A DNA stretch of 64,000 nucleotides from a bacterium (lineage in GTDB: Bacteria; Patescibacteriota; Doudnabacteria; UBA920): assembly GCA_016699995.1 (NCBI GenBank), contig CP064996.1, forward strand, positions 138,357 through 202,356, in the 5' to 3' direction. This document shows positions 43,751 through 53,102 of this stretch, piece by piece. The notes beneath the pieces are model-generated. The model ran no database searches. It worked only from the letters and a program-made list of their open reading frames with translations, and was not told the DNA's origin. The position numbers and the translations under genes are program-made. Numbering within the stretch: the first letter of the stretch is position 1; each line of letters starts with the position of its first letter.

Positions 43751-45493
43751 CTATTTACTGGCAATTTGCTGCCGCCATAAAGCGGAGTAAAGGCCATTCC
43801 TTTTAAGCAGCTCGTCATGAGTGCCTTGTTCAACTAATTGACCCTTTTCCAACACATAAATTGTGTCAGCATGAATAACTGTAGAAAGACGATGAGCGAT
43901 AAGTATGCGTATCAAATGAGGGTGGGTCTTTTCTATTTCTTTAATGGTCGTGGTGATTGATTCTTCGGTTATGGAATCGAGGCTCGAGGTTGCTTCGTCA
44001 AAGATCAAAATATCCGGGTTTCGCAGTAAAGCCCGGGCAATCGCTAAGCGTTGCTTTTCTCCGCCAGAAAGCTTTAGTCCGCCTTCGCCGATCTTAGTAT
44101 CTAAGCCTTTTTCACCACGCTCTATTAAACTAGTGGCGCTAGCTGCCTTAAGTGCGTCTATTGCTTCGATGTCTGTAGCGTCGGGGCGAACGAACAAGAG
44201 ATTTTCACGAATAGTGCCGGCAAACAACTGTGTTTCCTGGGCTACCAGGCCAATACGATTGCGTAGGGCGATAAGGTCGATTTCTTCGCCGGAGATATCG
44301 TTGAATTTAACTTTACCGGCGGTAGGGTGGTACAGTCCAACGATTAATTTAACCGTAGTGCTTTTGCCGCTGCCGCTTGGCCCTACAAATGCAACGGTTT
44401 TTCCGGCTTCGATATTAAGGTCAATGTTTTGCAGCGCGTCGTCAGTTCCCGACTGGTAACCGAAAGAAACTTTTTCGAAGGAAATAGATTTTATATCTGT
44501 GATCGGTTTTGGATTAGAAGCATGCTTCTCTCTGTTTTGTTTTAGAATTTCATCAAGCTTTTCTAGACTGGCTCTGGTTTCTTGGTAGCTGGTGGAAACA
44601 TCGCCAAGCATGGATAATGGATTGAAAATGAAGAAGGAGTAGAATAGCAAGCTAAAGAATTCACCTAAAGTAATTTGGCGGGTATATATCAGCCAAAGCA
44701 TTAGCAGCATGATGCCCATGCGCATCGCGTTGATTAATGTTCCCTGGATAAAGCTGTAGGCGCGGATCAGGCGCACCTTTTTGAGCTCTAAAGCAAGTAT
44801 CTTTTCGTTGGTTTTGTTGAGACGGTTAATTTCTTGCTGTTCCAGGCCAAGACTTTTTACTAATTCCACATTGCGTAGGGTTTCTGTCGTGCTTCCGGCT
44901 AAAGCCTGGGTCTCTGTTACTATCTCTGTCTGGGCCGTTTTGATTCTTCCGGTAATCCAGAAAGTAATAATCCCAAGTGCTGGCATGGTGAGGAGATAAA
45001 CCAACCCGATGCTCCAGTGGACGATGAAGGCATAAATCAATACAAACACCACACCGACGAGGGTAAAGAACAGAATATTGATAGACAAGCCAATGAGCTT
45101 TTGCGCGTCGTTGCGAGCAGCCTGCAGTTTGGATAAAAATTCGCCGCTGCGCTGGTCCTCGAATACCGCGAAAGGTAGCGAGAAGGAGTGGGTAACGCTG
45201 TCATTGTACATGCGCGCGCCCAGTCTTTGTGTAATTACGTTGGTGTAGTAGTCTTGAAAGCTTTTTGCAACTCGCGAGACGAAAGCCACTCCCATTGTGG
45301 CAAGCAGTAAAAGACCGACTCCCTCTAAATATTCTCGTGCAGTTAGTTCTGCAAACCGGTTGGCATAACGGTCGATTAAGATTCGGAAGATTTGCGGATC
45401 TAGTAGGGAAAAAATCTGATTGATGGCGGCCAGAAAAAGCGCGCCAGCAACCAAGCCTTTATAATTTTTCAAATAATTTATAAGTAGCTTCAT
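43751..45493 (-). CDS. ABC transporter, fused permease/ATP-binding protein (MsbA-like exporter)
   Basis: Six TM segments are followed by Walker A 'GPSGSGKST', signature 'LSGGEKQRLAIARAL', Walker B 'ILIFDEATSSLD' and an H-loop. Confidence 0.9.
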   Translation of the reverse strand: MKLLINYLKNYKGLVAGALFLAAINQIFSLLDPQIFRILIDRYANRFAELTAREYLEGVGLLLLATMGVAFVSRVAKSFQDYYTNVITQRLGARMYNDSVTHSFSLPFAVFEDQRSGEFLSKLQAARNDAQKLIGLSINILFFTLVGVVFVLIYAFIVHWSIGLVYLLTMPALGIITFWITGRIKTAQTEIVTETQALAGSTTETLRNVELVKSLGLEQQEINRLNKTNEKILALELKKVRLIRAYSFIQGTLINAMRMGIMLLMLWLIYTRQITLGEFFSLLFYSFFIFNPLSMLGDVSTSYQETRASLEKLDEILKQNREKHASNPKPITDIKSISFEKVSFGYQSGTDDALQNIDLNIEAGKTVAFVGPSGSGKSTTVKLIVGLYHPTAGKVKFNDISGEEIDLIALRNRIGLVAQETQLFAGTIRENLLFVRPDATDIEAIDALKAASATSLIERGEKGLDTKIGEGGLKLSGGEKQRLAIARALLRNPDILIFDEATSSLDSITEESITTTIKEIEKTHPHLIRILIAHRLSTVIHADTIYVLEKGQLVEQGTHDELLKRNGLYSALWRQQIASK

Positions 45494-45562
45494 AGTGTAA
45501 GTATTGACAGATTTAATTTAGACAGTTATTATAGCAAGTATTTTGATGGTAGAGGAGGCAAT

Positions 45563-45829
45563 ATGCTAGGGAAACTACTCTGTTTTTTCGGTTTGCATAA
45601 AATTGACCAAGAGCCGATGTCCAAGGAGTTGCTTCGTTCAGAAGGGAGTGATGTACTCTTTTGGACCAGGGCTATCCAGAAAGGCCTGTCGCGGTGTACC
45701 CGGAGAGATTGCAATTTCCATACCAAGGTATATCGTACCGGGTTATGCGGCGCTGGCGGTTCGGCAGGGAAATGGAAGCAGTTGTTTGCGGACAAAGAAA
45801 AGTATATCGATTCTTTGCCGGTATTATAG
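45563..45829 (+). CDS. Small Cys-containing protein (88 aa), hypothetical
   Basis: A strong SD (GAGGAGG) lies 7 nt upstream of the ATG. A terminator hairpin (AAGAGACTT-TTTCA-AGTCTCTT followed by TTTT) lies at about 45828-45860. Four Cys residues. Located between the ABC exporter and the C39-like peptidase. Confidence 0.45.
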   Translation: MLGKLLCFFGLHKIDQEPMSKELLRSEGSDVLFWTRAIQKGLSRCTRRDCNFHTKVYRTGLCGAGGSAGKWKQLFADKEKYIDSLPVL

Positions 45830-45903
45830 ATTAAGAGACTTTTTCAAGTCTCTTTTTAATTTCTATTAAAAATCTTATCGAAACGCCAAAGCGATAGACG
45901 AAA

Positions 45904-46668
45904 TCATTTACTTACAATAATAACCTGCTTATCGGTCAGGTCGACTTTATGCTCGGTATGCGACCAGTTGCCGTTGCTATTATAAAGCGTTTCGTATGTG
46001 TAGAAGTAGTCTTTACCGCGTCGAGTGCCAGGGTCATTGGTAATGAAGCCGTTGGTATTAAACCCTTTAATAACAAGCATGTGGTAAATTGGGCCTGGTG
46101 GGGTAAAGTTTGGGTTGCCAAGCATCTGGCCGTTGGCAGGCAAGATTACCAATTTGTCGTCAGTTAAAGCCCGTTTAATGGCTTCTTCGGACATATCGAC
46201 CAGCTCTGCTTTTAGGTCAAAAGCTTCCCTGAGCATTTTAACCATTTCGCTATTGTTGATGCTTAAGTAGTAACCGTAATTATCTGTCTGCCACTGGGTG
46301 AGTTCGCTGATTTTAGTTTCTACGTAACTTGCTGGCAGGGAAGCGATGTCGTTAAAATATGCATACGCCATTATGGCAGAGGCTTCTTCGCAAGCTTCGT
46401 TGTGCAGCTCGTCCCAGTTGGCCGTTGGTGCCTGAGGTGTAAACGGAACATCTAAAGCCAGAGTGGGAGGGATTGGCTTAATGGGCTCAGGTTGGGGTAC
46501 CGGCTTTTCTTCGACCATGGTACTGGTTGCTGGCTGCTGTACCTGCCAGCTTGCTTCCTCGCGGTTGTATAAATTTTTATTAATGAGATATCCAATACCG
46601 AACAATAGCATTATTGTTACAACAATGAGCAATGGTTTTCTATGCGATTGTTGCGGTCTGGTAATCAT
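45904..46668 (-). CDS. C39-like (Peptidase_C39_2/BtrH-like) cysteine peptidase domain protein with N-terminal membrane anchor
   Basis: A TM anchor and Pro-rich linker are followed by 'NWDELHNEACEEASAIMAYAYF' (candidate catalytic Cys) and 'IYHMLVIKGFN' (candidate His). Confidence 0.45.
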   Translation of the reverse strand: MITRPQQSHRKPLLIVVTIMLLFGIGYLINKNLYNREEASWQVQQPATSTMVEEKPVPQPEPIKPIPPTLALDVPFTPQAPTANWDELHNEACEEASAIMAYAYFNDIASLPASYVETKISELTQWQTDNYGYYLSINNSEMVKMLREAFDLKAELVDMSEEAIKRALTDDKLVILPANGQMLGNPNFTPPGPIYHMLVIKGFNTNGFITNDPGTRRGKDYFYTYETLYNSNGNWSHTEHKVDLTDKQVIIVSK

Positions 46669-46670
46669 GG

Positions 46671-47357
46671 CTATAAAATATCTGACTTTTGAATGGATAT
46701 GAATTCTCCCGGGGCCAAGTCTGGTGGCATAGTGTATTTGTTGATCCTTACACGCTTGAGGTTATGTACGCCCAGGCCAACGCTGTTAAACATTCTTCGC
46801 ACCTGGCGCTTTTTGCCTTCGTGGATAGTGATGTAAATTTTCCCGGAGCGCACCTTAACTTTTGCTTCGCGGGTTAAGCCGGTCGGAAGATCTACGCCAT
46901 TCTTCAGTCTTTCCAGTTGGACTGGTTTTGGTTCGGTGTCCGGAATGACTTCGTATTCTTTTTCGTGCTCGTAACGGGGGTGGGCGAGTTGTTCGGTAAG
47001 GTCGCCGTCGTTGGTAAGAATCAATAATCCTTCGGTTTCAAAATCGAGACGGCCAATGTTGTGAACCTTGGTTCGAATATCTTCCGGCAAGAAAGAAAAA
47101 ATTGTTTTTCGTCCCTGAGGATCACGCTTGCTGACTACTGTGTTCCTTGGTTTATTTATCGCTATATACAGCTTTTCTGTTACAGGTTGGACCAATTTTC
47201 CGTAAACTTTGACTTCGTCTTTACTGGGATCGACCTTATCTCCTAATTTGGCCTTGCGCCCGTTAATAGAAACCTGGCCAGATTTAATAAACTCCTCGGC
47301 CTTGCGGCGAGAAGCAACCCCAGCTTCGCTAATGAATTTTTGGACTCGTTCTAGCAT
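46671..47357 (-). CDS. rluB: Pseudouridine synthase, RsuA/RluB family
   Basis: The S4 domain 'ERVQKFISEAGVASRRKAEEFIKSGQVSINGRKA' is followed by the catalytic 'GRLDFETEGLLILTNDGDL' block. Confidence 0.85.
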   Translation of the reverse strand: MLERVQKFISEAGVASRRKAEEFIKSGQVSINGRKAKLGDKVDPSKDEVKVYGKLVQPVTEKLYIAINKPRNTVVSKRDPQGRKTIFSFLPEDIRTKVHNIGRLDFETEGLLILTNDGDLTEQLAHPRYEHEKEYEVIPDTEPKPVQLERLKNGVDLPTGLTREAKVKVRSGKIYITIHEGKKRQVRRMFNSVGLGVHNLKRVRINKYTMPPDLAPGEFISIQKSDIL

Positions 47358-47434
47358 TACTTCTATATTATGTGCTTCAATTATAGCTGTTATAGCTTGA
47401 AATTTCTAGTTAAATATGGTACGATTGTGTTCAT

Positions 47435-47511
47435 GCACCCGTAGCTCAGCTGGATAGAGCGTCCGCTTGCGGAGCGGGAGGTCATAGGTTCGAATCCTGT
47501 CGGGTGCACCA
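47435..47511 (+). tRNA. tRNA-Arg (anticodon read as GCG)
   Basis: GCACCCG-TA-GCTC-AGCTGGATA-GAGC-G-TCCGC-TTGCGGA-GCGGG-AGGTC-ATAGG-TTCGAAT-CCTGT-CGGGTGC-A-CCA. The acceptor stem is the same as the tRNA at 69..145. A terminator hairpin (AAACGCC-GTTA-GGCGTTT followed by TTTTTT) follows, and then a TTGACA-N17-TACTAT promoter. Confidence 0.7.
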
Positions 47512-47588
47512 CGAAAACGCCGTTAGGCGTTTTTTTATTGACATAAAGGTTTAATTAGTATACTATCGGTAGTTGAGAAGGAGGACTT

Positions 47589-47906
47589 ATGCTTAATTTT
47601 GTTAGAACTCTGATAGATAATTTTGCACTGACGGTTTGGGGTGTGATCGTCATATTTTTGTTTTTCTTTTTTTTGTTCGGCGGATATTTTTTTCAAAATA
47701 GTACAGCCGCGGCAAATGAGGTTAAGAAACTTAATTTTAGCAACGTCGAGGTGGTAAACACTCATTGGATGGCAGCATCGTTCTGGTGGTGCAATCGAGG
47801 CGATATCGTACGGTACGATTTAGTCGCTACGGACCAAGCTGGAAAACGAACCAATATGTACGTCTGTCAATCCATAGGCGGCAGTTACCAGATTACCGTG
47901 GAGTAA
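47589..47906 (+). CDS. Small membrane protein, hypothetical (105 aa)
   Basis: GAAGGAGG SD. N-terminal TM segment 'LTVWGVIVIFLFFFFLFGGYFF'. Confidence 0.5.
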   Translation: MLNFVRTLIDNFALTVWGVIVIFLFFFFLFGGYFFQNSTAAANEVKKLNFSNVEVVNTHWMAASFWWCNRGDIVRYDLVATDQAGKRTNMYVCQSIGGSYQITVE

Positions 47907-47997
47907 TCTAAAAATGCAGTTGCAGGAGCAACTGTTTTTTATTGATTTATTAAAGAAATAGTCTTTGTTATACTGAATTTATAGAGATATACATGCT

Positions 47998-48261
47998 ATG
48001 AAAATAATTGTGATAGCAAAAACAGCAGCAAGAGAAGACAAGATTGAATCCATCACCCAGCCTGCTTTACGGCTAAGCGATTATAAGCCTCAAACGCCAG
48101 TTTATAAGGTATGGGTAAAAGCCTTGCCTGTCCACGGAAAATCAAACGTGGCCATTTCTAAACTTTTAGCCAATCATTTTAAAGTTAATGCGTCTCGGGT
48201 CCGTTTGGTAGCCGGGCGCGCGAGTAAACAAAAATTATTTGATATCGACATTGATAGCTAG
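47998..48261 (+). CDS. DUF167/YggU (UPF0235) family protein
   Basis: 87 aa. 'VKALPVHGKSNVAISKLLANHFKVNASRVRLVAGRASKQKLFDI' matches the YggU family consensus (GKAN.ALI..LA..L.V.KS.V.IV.G..SR.K). Confidence 0.65.
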   Translation: MKIIVIAKTAAREDKIESITQPALRLSDYKPQTPVYKVWVKALPVHGKSNVAISKLLANHFKVNASRVRLVAGRASKQKLFDIDIDS

Positions 48262-48312
48262 AGTAAAAATCAGGTTCCAGATATAAAAATTCTTAAAACA
48301 AAAAATCAAGCA

Positions 48313-50901
48313 ATGGAAAAAAGTAAAAAAACATCGAGCTATTGGAGCCTTTCCGTACAGGACACGACAGAACTCTTGGTTACCGATATCACAGACGGAC
48401 TTTCGGAAGAGGAAGCTGCTGCGCGTTTGCAGAAGTATGGCCGCAACGCCATTGAGCATGGCAGGCATTTGAGTAAATTGAGAATAGTGCTCAATCAGTT
48501 TAAGAGCCCCTTGATTATAGTCTTATTGATTGCCGGGGTGGTGACTTTGCTCATAGGCCATTACAAGGATTCTATTTTTATATTCATCGCCGCCGTTGTT
48601 AATACTATTTTAGGATTCTATCAGGAAAACAAAGCGGAGAATGCTTTAGCAAAACTGAAAACTTATCTCAAGCAAGAGGCTCGGGTAATGCGCAATGGCG
48701 AAGAAAAGCAGATCGATGCCAAGGACGTAGTAGTAGGGGATATTATGTTGCTGTCGCAGGGCGACCGCGTCCAAGGAGATGGCCGCATTGTTTTTGTTAA
48801 TGATTTTCAGGTAGATGAAGCTGTGTTAACAGGCGAGTCGTTGCCTGTTACTAAATCGGCCGAACCCGTTGCGTTCTCCGCAAGCATTTCCGACCAAGAT
48901 TCGATGGTGTTTGCAGGAACGTTGGTTACTCAGGGGTATGCAACTGTTATTGTGACCGATACCGGTTTGCAGACAGAGCTGGGAAAGATCTCTTCATTGC
49001 TCGCAATTTCCAGTTCTGAGCAGACACCGTTGCAAAAAGCGGTATATAAATTTAGTATCTATTCGAGCATAATTTTGGGCCTCCTTACATTGGTAGTTTT
49101 TGTTGTCGGCATATTGGTCGGTTACTCGCCTTTGGATATGTTTTTAACGTCTGTGGCGATTGCTGTATCTGCAATACCAGAAGGCTTACCAGTTTCTATG
49201 ACTGTGATATTGGCGGTTGGGGTGGAGCGTATGGCTCGACGCAAAGGAGTGGTTCGTAAATTAGTGGCTGCCGAAGCGCTGGGCGGAACCACGGTAATAT
49301 TAACTGATAAAACCGGTACTTTGACGATGGCGAAGATGGTGATGTCGCAGCTGATCTCTGTTGCAGTACCGGCAAAAAAATTATTAAGTTATGCTCTGAG
49401 CAATGCAAATGCGATAGTGGAGAATCCGGAGGACGCGCCAGAAAAATGGCGTATAGATGGGAGGATTATGGAAGCAGCTCTAGTGCGCGCTGCAGCGTCG
49501 GAGGGTATGAGTTACAAGCAAATTCTATCTAAGCGCAAGGTGCTGCAGAGTTGGCCTTTCAATTCCTCTCAAAAATACTCAGCTACATTGATCAAAGATG
49601 GCGGCAGAATTCTGTTAATCGTATTAGGGGCCCCAGATGTCTTAATCCATTATTCACAAGCAACCGCCAAGCAGAAAAAGCAGTTAACAGAACAGATAAG
49701 CAGCCTGGCTTTTTCTGGAGAGAGGGTACTAGGCTTGGCAAGCAAAGAGATCAGCGATAAGGAGCAATTAGAATTGCTCAAGAAGCTGACTCTTAACAAT
49801 CTTAGCTTTGACGGCCTGATTACGTTTAAGGATCCTATTCGTCCGGGTATTAAGTCGGCTATTGCGAGGGTAGCGAGAGCCGGGGTTAAAACCGTCATTC
49901 TTACAGGGGATCATCAAGGTACTGCAGTTGCGGTTGCAGAGGAGATAGGTCTGGAAATGAAAGAAGGCTCTGTTTTGGATGCAAGTGAGTTAACTGGGCT
50001 TAAAAAGCAACAGCTGCAAAAAAGGCTGCCGTATCTAAAGGTAATTTCTCGGGTGACTCCATTCGATAAATTGCAGATAGCGAAGCTCTTACAGGAGTCC
50101 GGAGAAGTGGTAGCTATGACCGGGGATGGAATTAACGACGCGCCCAGCATCAAGCAGGCTAACGTGGGCATAGCAATGGGTTCTGGTACAGAGGTGGCGC
50201 AGAGCGTGGCGGATTTGGTGCTGTTGGATGATAATTTTGAGACGATAGTGGCGGCCATTGAAGAGGGTCGACAGATAATCGGCAATATTCGCAAAGTGCT
50301 CGTGTACTTGCTCTCGAATGTTACAGACGGGCTGATTCTTATAGGCAGCTCTTTACTGCTAGGCTTGCCCTTGCCTTTAAATGCCTTGCAAATTTTATGG
50401 GTCAATTTTTTTGCCGACAGTTTTCCGGCTGTGGCTTTTGCCTTTGAAAAAGATGGGGATCATTTATCGGTACCTCCGCGCAACCCCAACGCTGGCTTGT
50501 TCGATCCGCTTATGAAGTTTTTGATAATCGTTATAGGGTTCTCTACAAGCGCTCTATTATCTGTATTATATTTCGTGTTGACCCGAGCAGGATTAGAAGC
50601 GGAATTGGTAAGGACTTTCATTTTCGCCGCCTTCGGAACGTATACTTTGATTCTGGCTTTCTCGGTGCGCAGCTTGGAGCAAAGTATTTTTTCTTACCCG
50701 CTGCTGTCGAATAAATATCTCAATAGCGGGGTTTTGATAGGATTCGTGCTTATGGCAGCGGCTATCTATCTCCCTCCGCTGCAAAACCTGTTCGGTACAA
50801 AATCACTTTCGGCTGTATGGATAGGAGGAGTGCTAATGGTCGGAATACTGAATATATTGCTGATTGAATTGGCGAAGTATTTTTTCCGCCGAAGAAGGTA
50901 G
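48313..50901 (+). CDS. Cation-transporting P-type ATPase (type II, Ca2+/Mg2+-ATPase-like)
   Basis: 862 aa. 'DKTGTLT' phosphorylation site, 'PEGLP', 'TGDHQGTA' and 'GDGINDAPS' motifs, and 10 TM topology. Confidence 0.85.
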   Translation: MEKSKKTSSYWSLSVQDTTELLVTDITDGLSEEEAAARLQKYGRNAIEHGRHLSKLRIVLNQFKSPLIIVLLIAGVVTLLIGHYKDSIFIFIAAVVNTILGFYQENKAENALAKLKTYLKQEARVMRNGEEKQIDAKDVVVGDIMLLSQGDRVQGDGRIVFVNDFQVDEAVLTGESLPVTKSAEPVAFSASISDQDSMVFAGTLVTQGYATVIVTDTGLQTELGKISSLLAISSSEQTPLQKAVYKFSIYSSIILGLLTLVVFVVGILVGYSPLDMFLTSVAIAVSAIPEGLPVSMTVILAVGVERMARRKGVVRKLVAAEALGGTTVILTDKTGTLTMAKMVMSQLISVAVPAKKLLSYALSNANAIVENPEDAPEKWRIDGRIMEAALVRAAASEGMSYKQILSKRKVLQSWPFNSSQKYSATLIKDGGRILLIVLGAPDVLIHYSQATAKQKKQLTEQISSLAFSGERVLGLASKEISDKEQLELLKKLTLNNLSFDGLITFKDPIRPGIKSAIARVARAGVKTVILTGDHQGTAVAVAEEIGLEMKEGSVLDASELTGLKKQQLQKRLPYLKVISRVTPFDKLQIAKLLQESGEVVAMTGDGINDAPSIKQANVGIAMGSGTEVAQSVADLVLLDDNFETIVAAIEEGRQIIGNIRKVLVYLLSNVTDGLILIGSSLLLGLPLPLNALQILWVNFFADSFPAVAFAFEKDGDHLSVPPRNPNAGLFDPLMKFLIIVIGFSTSALLSVLYFVLTRAGLEAELVRTFIFAAFGTYTLILAFSVRSLEQSIFSYPLLSNKYLNSGVLIGFVLMAAAIYLPPLQNLFGTKSLSAVWIGGVLMVGILNILLIELAKYFFRRRR

Positions 50902-50942
50902 TGACGAATTCACAGTTTTTTTGTTAAAATACCTTGGTATAT

Positions 50943-51019
50943 GGCTCCGTAGCTCAGTTGGATAGAGCAGGGGACTTCTAAGCCCAAGGTCACTGGTTCG
51001 ATCCCAGTCGGAGCCACCA
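50943..51019 (+). tRNA. tRNA-Arg (probable anticodon TCT)
   Basis: GGCTCCG-TA-GCTC-AGTTGGATA-GAGC... with loop CTTCTAA, T-arm GGTTCGATCC and CCA encoded. The anticodon stem has only 3 clean pairs, so the fold is imperfect. A bidirectional terminator follows (AAACACGCC-ATGA-GGCGTGCTTTTTGTTT). Confidence 0.6.
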
Positions 51020-51060
51020 GAATAAAAAACACGCCATGAGGCGTGCTTTTTGTTTGATTA

Positions 51061-52110
51061 TTAGTTTTGCGTCTTAATGTGTTCGATTACTTCTTCTGCT
51101 GTTTTGTATTCGTACAACTCGGCACGGAGTTCTGCGGCGTTATCAAAGCCATGTATGTAGGCTTTAAAGTGGCGCTTCATGACGTCGAATGGTTTTAGTC
51201 CAGTAAAGATTTTCCCGTACAGTTCTACATGTTCCAGCAGGGCTTGCAGCTTTTGAGGCTTGGTTATTTGTAAAGATTCTGGTTTGCCGGCGCGTACAGA
51301 TTCCTTTTCTGTAAATAGCCAGGGGTTTCCAAAAATTGCCCGGCCGAGCATTACGCCATCGCAGCCGCTGTCTTGCGCTCGCGCCGCGGCTTGGGTTAAA
51401 TTCTCAACATCGCCATTACCGATAATGCGAGGCCGGTTTTGGTTAGTTGTATTGTCGTGGATGAATTTTACAATCTCCGGCATCAGTTCCCAGTGCGCCG
51501 GGACTTTAGACATCTCTTTGCGAGTGCGCAAATGTACGCCGATCGCAGCAGGTTCGGCCTCCAGTAATTTTTTTATCCAGCTTTCCCAATCTATTACGGT
51601 GTCACCAATGCGGATTTTTACCGAGATAGGAACATCGCGTAGCTCTTCGATGTTTTTCAAATTCTTCATGGCATCCTCGTAAGTTTGGCCTTCTTCTGCT
51701 GCCCAACCGAGTTTAGAAGCAATGACTATTTCTTTGGCTAAATCCGGCGTGCGGTACAAAGCTGCGCAAGAGCCGCCTTTTATAATATTCTTATCAGGGC
51801 AACCCATGTTAATATCCATGCCGTCAAAGCCAAGCTTGCGGCACAATTTCGCAGTTTCAAAGTACTTTTCTGGTTTCGTTCCAAACACTTGCGCGACAAT
51901 AGGATGCTCAGTCTCGGAAAACTGTAGATGATGCAGGAGCTTTTCGCGGCCGGCGCTCATCAGCCCGTCGGTAGAAGTGAATTCGGTATAAAAGACATCC
52001 GGTTTGCCATATTTGGCAATGATAATTCGAAAAGCCGCGTCCGTGACATCGTACATAGGCGCGAGCGCGAAAAACGGTTTAGGTAAATTTTTCCAAAAAT
52101 TATTCATCAA
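51061..52110 (-). CDS. tRNA-dihydrouridine synthase (Dus family, FMN-binding TIM barrel)
   Basis: 'FALAPMYDVTDAAFR', 'DINMGCP' and 'DGVMLGRAIFGNPWLF' motifs. Confidence 0.85.
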   Translation of the reverse strand: MMNNFWKNLPKPFFALAPMYDVTDAAFRIIIAKYGKPDVFYTEFTSTDGLMSAGREKLLHHLQFSETEHPIVAQVFGTKPEKYFETAKLCRKLGFDGMDINMGCPDKNIIKGGSCAALYRTPDLAKEIVIASKLGWAAEEGQTYEDAMKNLKNIEELRDVPISVKIRIGDTVIDWESWIKKLLEAEPAAIGVHLRTRKEMSKVPAHWELMPEIVKFIHDNTTNQNRPRIIGNGDVENLTQAAARAQDSGCDGVMLGRAIFGNPWLFTEKESVRAGKPESLQITKPQKLQALLEHVELYGKIFTGLKPFDVMKRHFKAYIHGFDNAAELRAELYEYKTAEEVIEHIKTQN

Positions 52111-52189
52111 TCGTTGATAGTGATTCTATACCAAGACAGTTTACCTTAAAATGGCAAATAAAAAAAGCAGCTGGAGAGCTGCTATGAGT

Positions 52190-53002
52190 TTAGTTGTACC
52201 TTATGAACATTCCTCCCACAAATGAATTTTTAGGGAAGTGTCCGGAATGGTAATTAAGCACTCGTGTGTATTCAAACATCGGCCCGATGCAGATTTTGTC
52301 AAATCTATAGCCGGCGGCAACCTCTGTATTAAAGAGACTGCGTCCTCCGGAGATTACGGCGCCAGTGTCGAAGATCAGCTGTGTCTTGTTTTCCCAAATA
52401 GTACTCTTGTAATTTACTTCGCTTGCTAAGCCGCTGGCCCAGGTAAATCCTGGGTGAAACCTTTCCGTTGCAGGAGAGTGTAGATCGTAGATATAGGGCC
52501 GGTTGCGAAAGCCATTGCCGAGCGGGAAATAATAGTCCACTCGCGAGTAAGGTTTAAGCTGGTATTGTTCCTTATGGAATTTTTTCGACACTTCGATGCC
52601 AGTTCGTCCGAGGCTACGGAAGCCGGTAAATGTAAATTCCAAATCGCCGGTGATGGCAGATTTGTCGGTTATCTTTTGCGAGGCTTCGGCACGGAAGTTG
52701 AAGTATTGGTCGTTATGCGAGCGTTTGGTTGTAAACCCGGCTGTGGTTTCTAGAGTGTATTCTCTGGTAGTAGAGAAGTTTTTGAAACGGGCTCTGTAAG
52801 CGTTAACGGGCGACTCAATGAGTTCTGCTTTGTTGCCGGTTTCCACTTTGGATCTAAACGAGGCTTCCCAGCCAAATTTCCACTCCCGCTTAAGAGACTC
52901 GGAATGGGGAGGTGGAGCAGCAGAGAATTCGCTTTGAGCAAAACAGGTGATGGTTGAAATCAAGATTAGCAAAAAACTACACAGAACGGCGGGTGCTTTC
53001 AT
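52190..53002 (-). CDS. Secreted beta-rich protein, hypothetical (270 aa)
   Basis: Signal peptide 'MKAPAVLCSFLLILISTITCFAQSE'. Alternating aromatic/polar patterning through the mature part. Confidence 0.45.
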   Translation of the reverse strand: MKAPAVLCSFLLILISTITCFAQSEFSAAPPPHSESLKREWKFGWEASFRSKVETGNKAELIESPVNAYRARFKNFSTTREYTLETTAGFTTKRSHNDQYFNFRAEASQKITDKSAITGDLEFTFTGFRSLGRTGIEVSKKFHKEQYQLKPYSRVDYYFPLGNGFRNRPYIYDLHSPATERFHPGFTWASGLASEVNYKSTIWENKTQLIFDTGAVISGGRSLFNTEVAAGYRFDKICIGPMFEYTRVLNYHSGHFPKNSFVGGMFIRYN

Positions 53003-53102
53003 TTTTTCCTCCTGGGGTTTGGGTAAAACTAGGCTTTATTATATCCCTCTTGTAAATTTGCGCAAGTAAAAAAGCGCCTAGCGGCGCCTAATTTATAGTA
53101 GA

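Noticed and set aside
43944-44999. Plus-strand ORFs inside the ABC transporter gene (43944..44459, 44781..44999)
   Set aside because: The opposite strand carries unmistakable Walker A/B and ABC-signature motifs. These are shadow ORFs.
45529-45869. Alternative ORFs 45529..45795 (-) and 45603..45869 (+) in the exporter/peptidase intergenic region
   Set aside because: Only the 45563..45829 frame has a canonical SD (GAGGAGG, 7-nt spacing) and a downstream terminator. The others lack signals.
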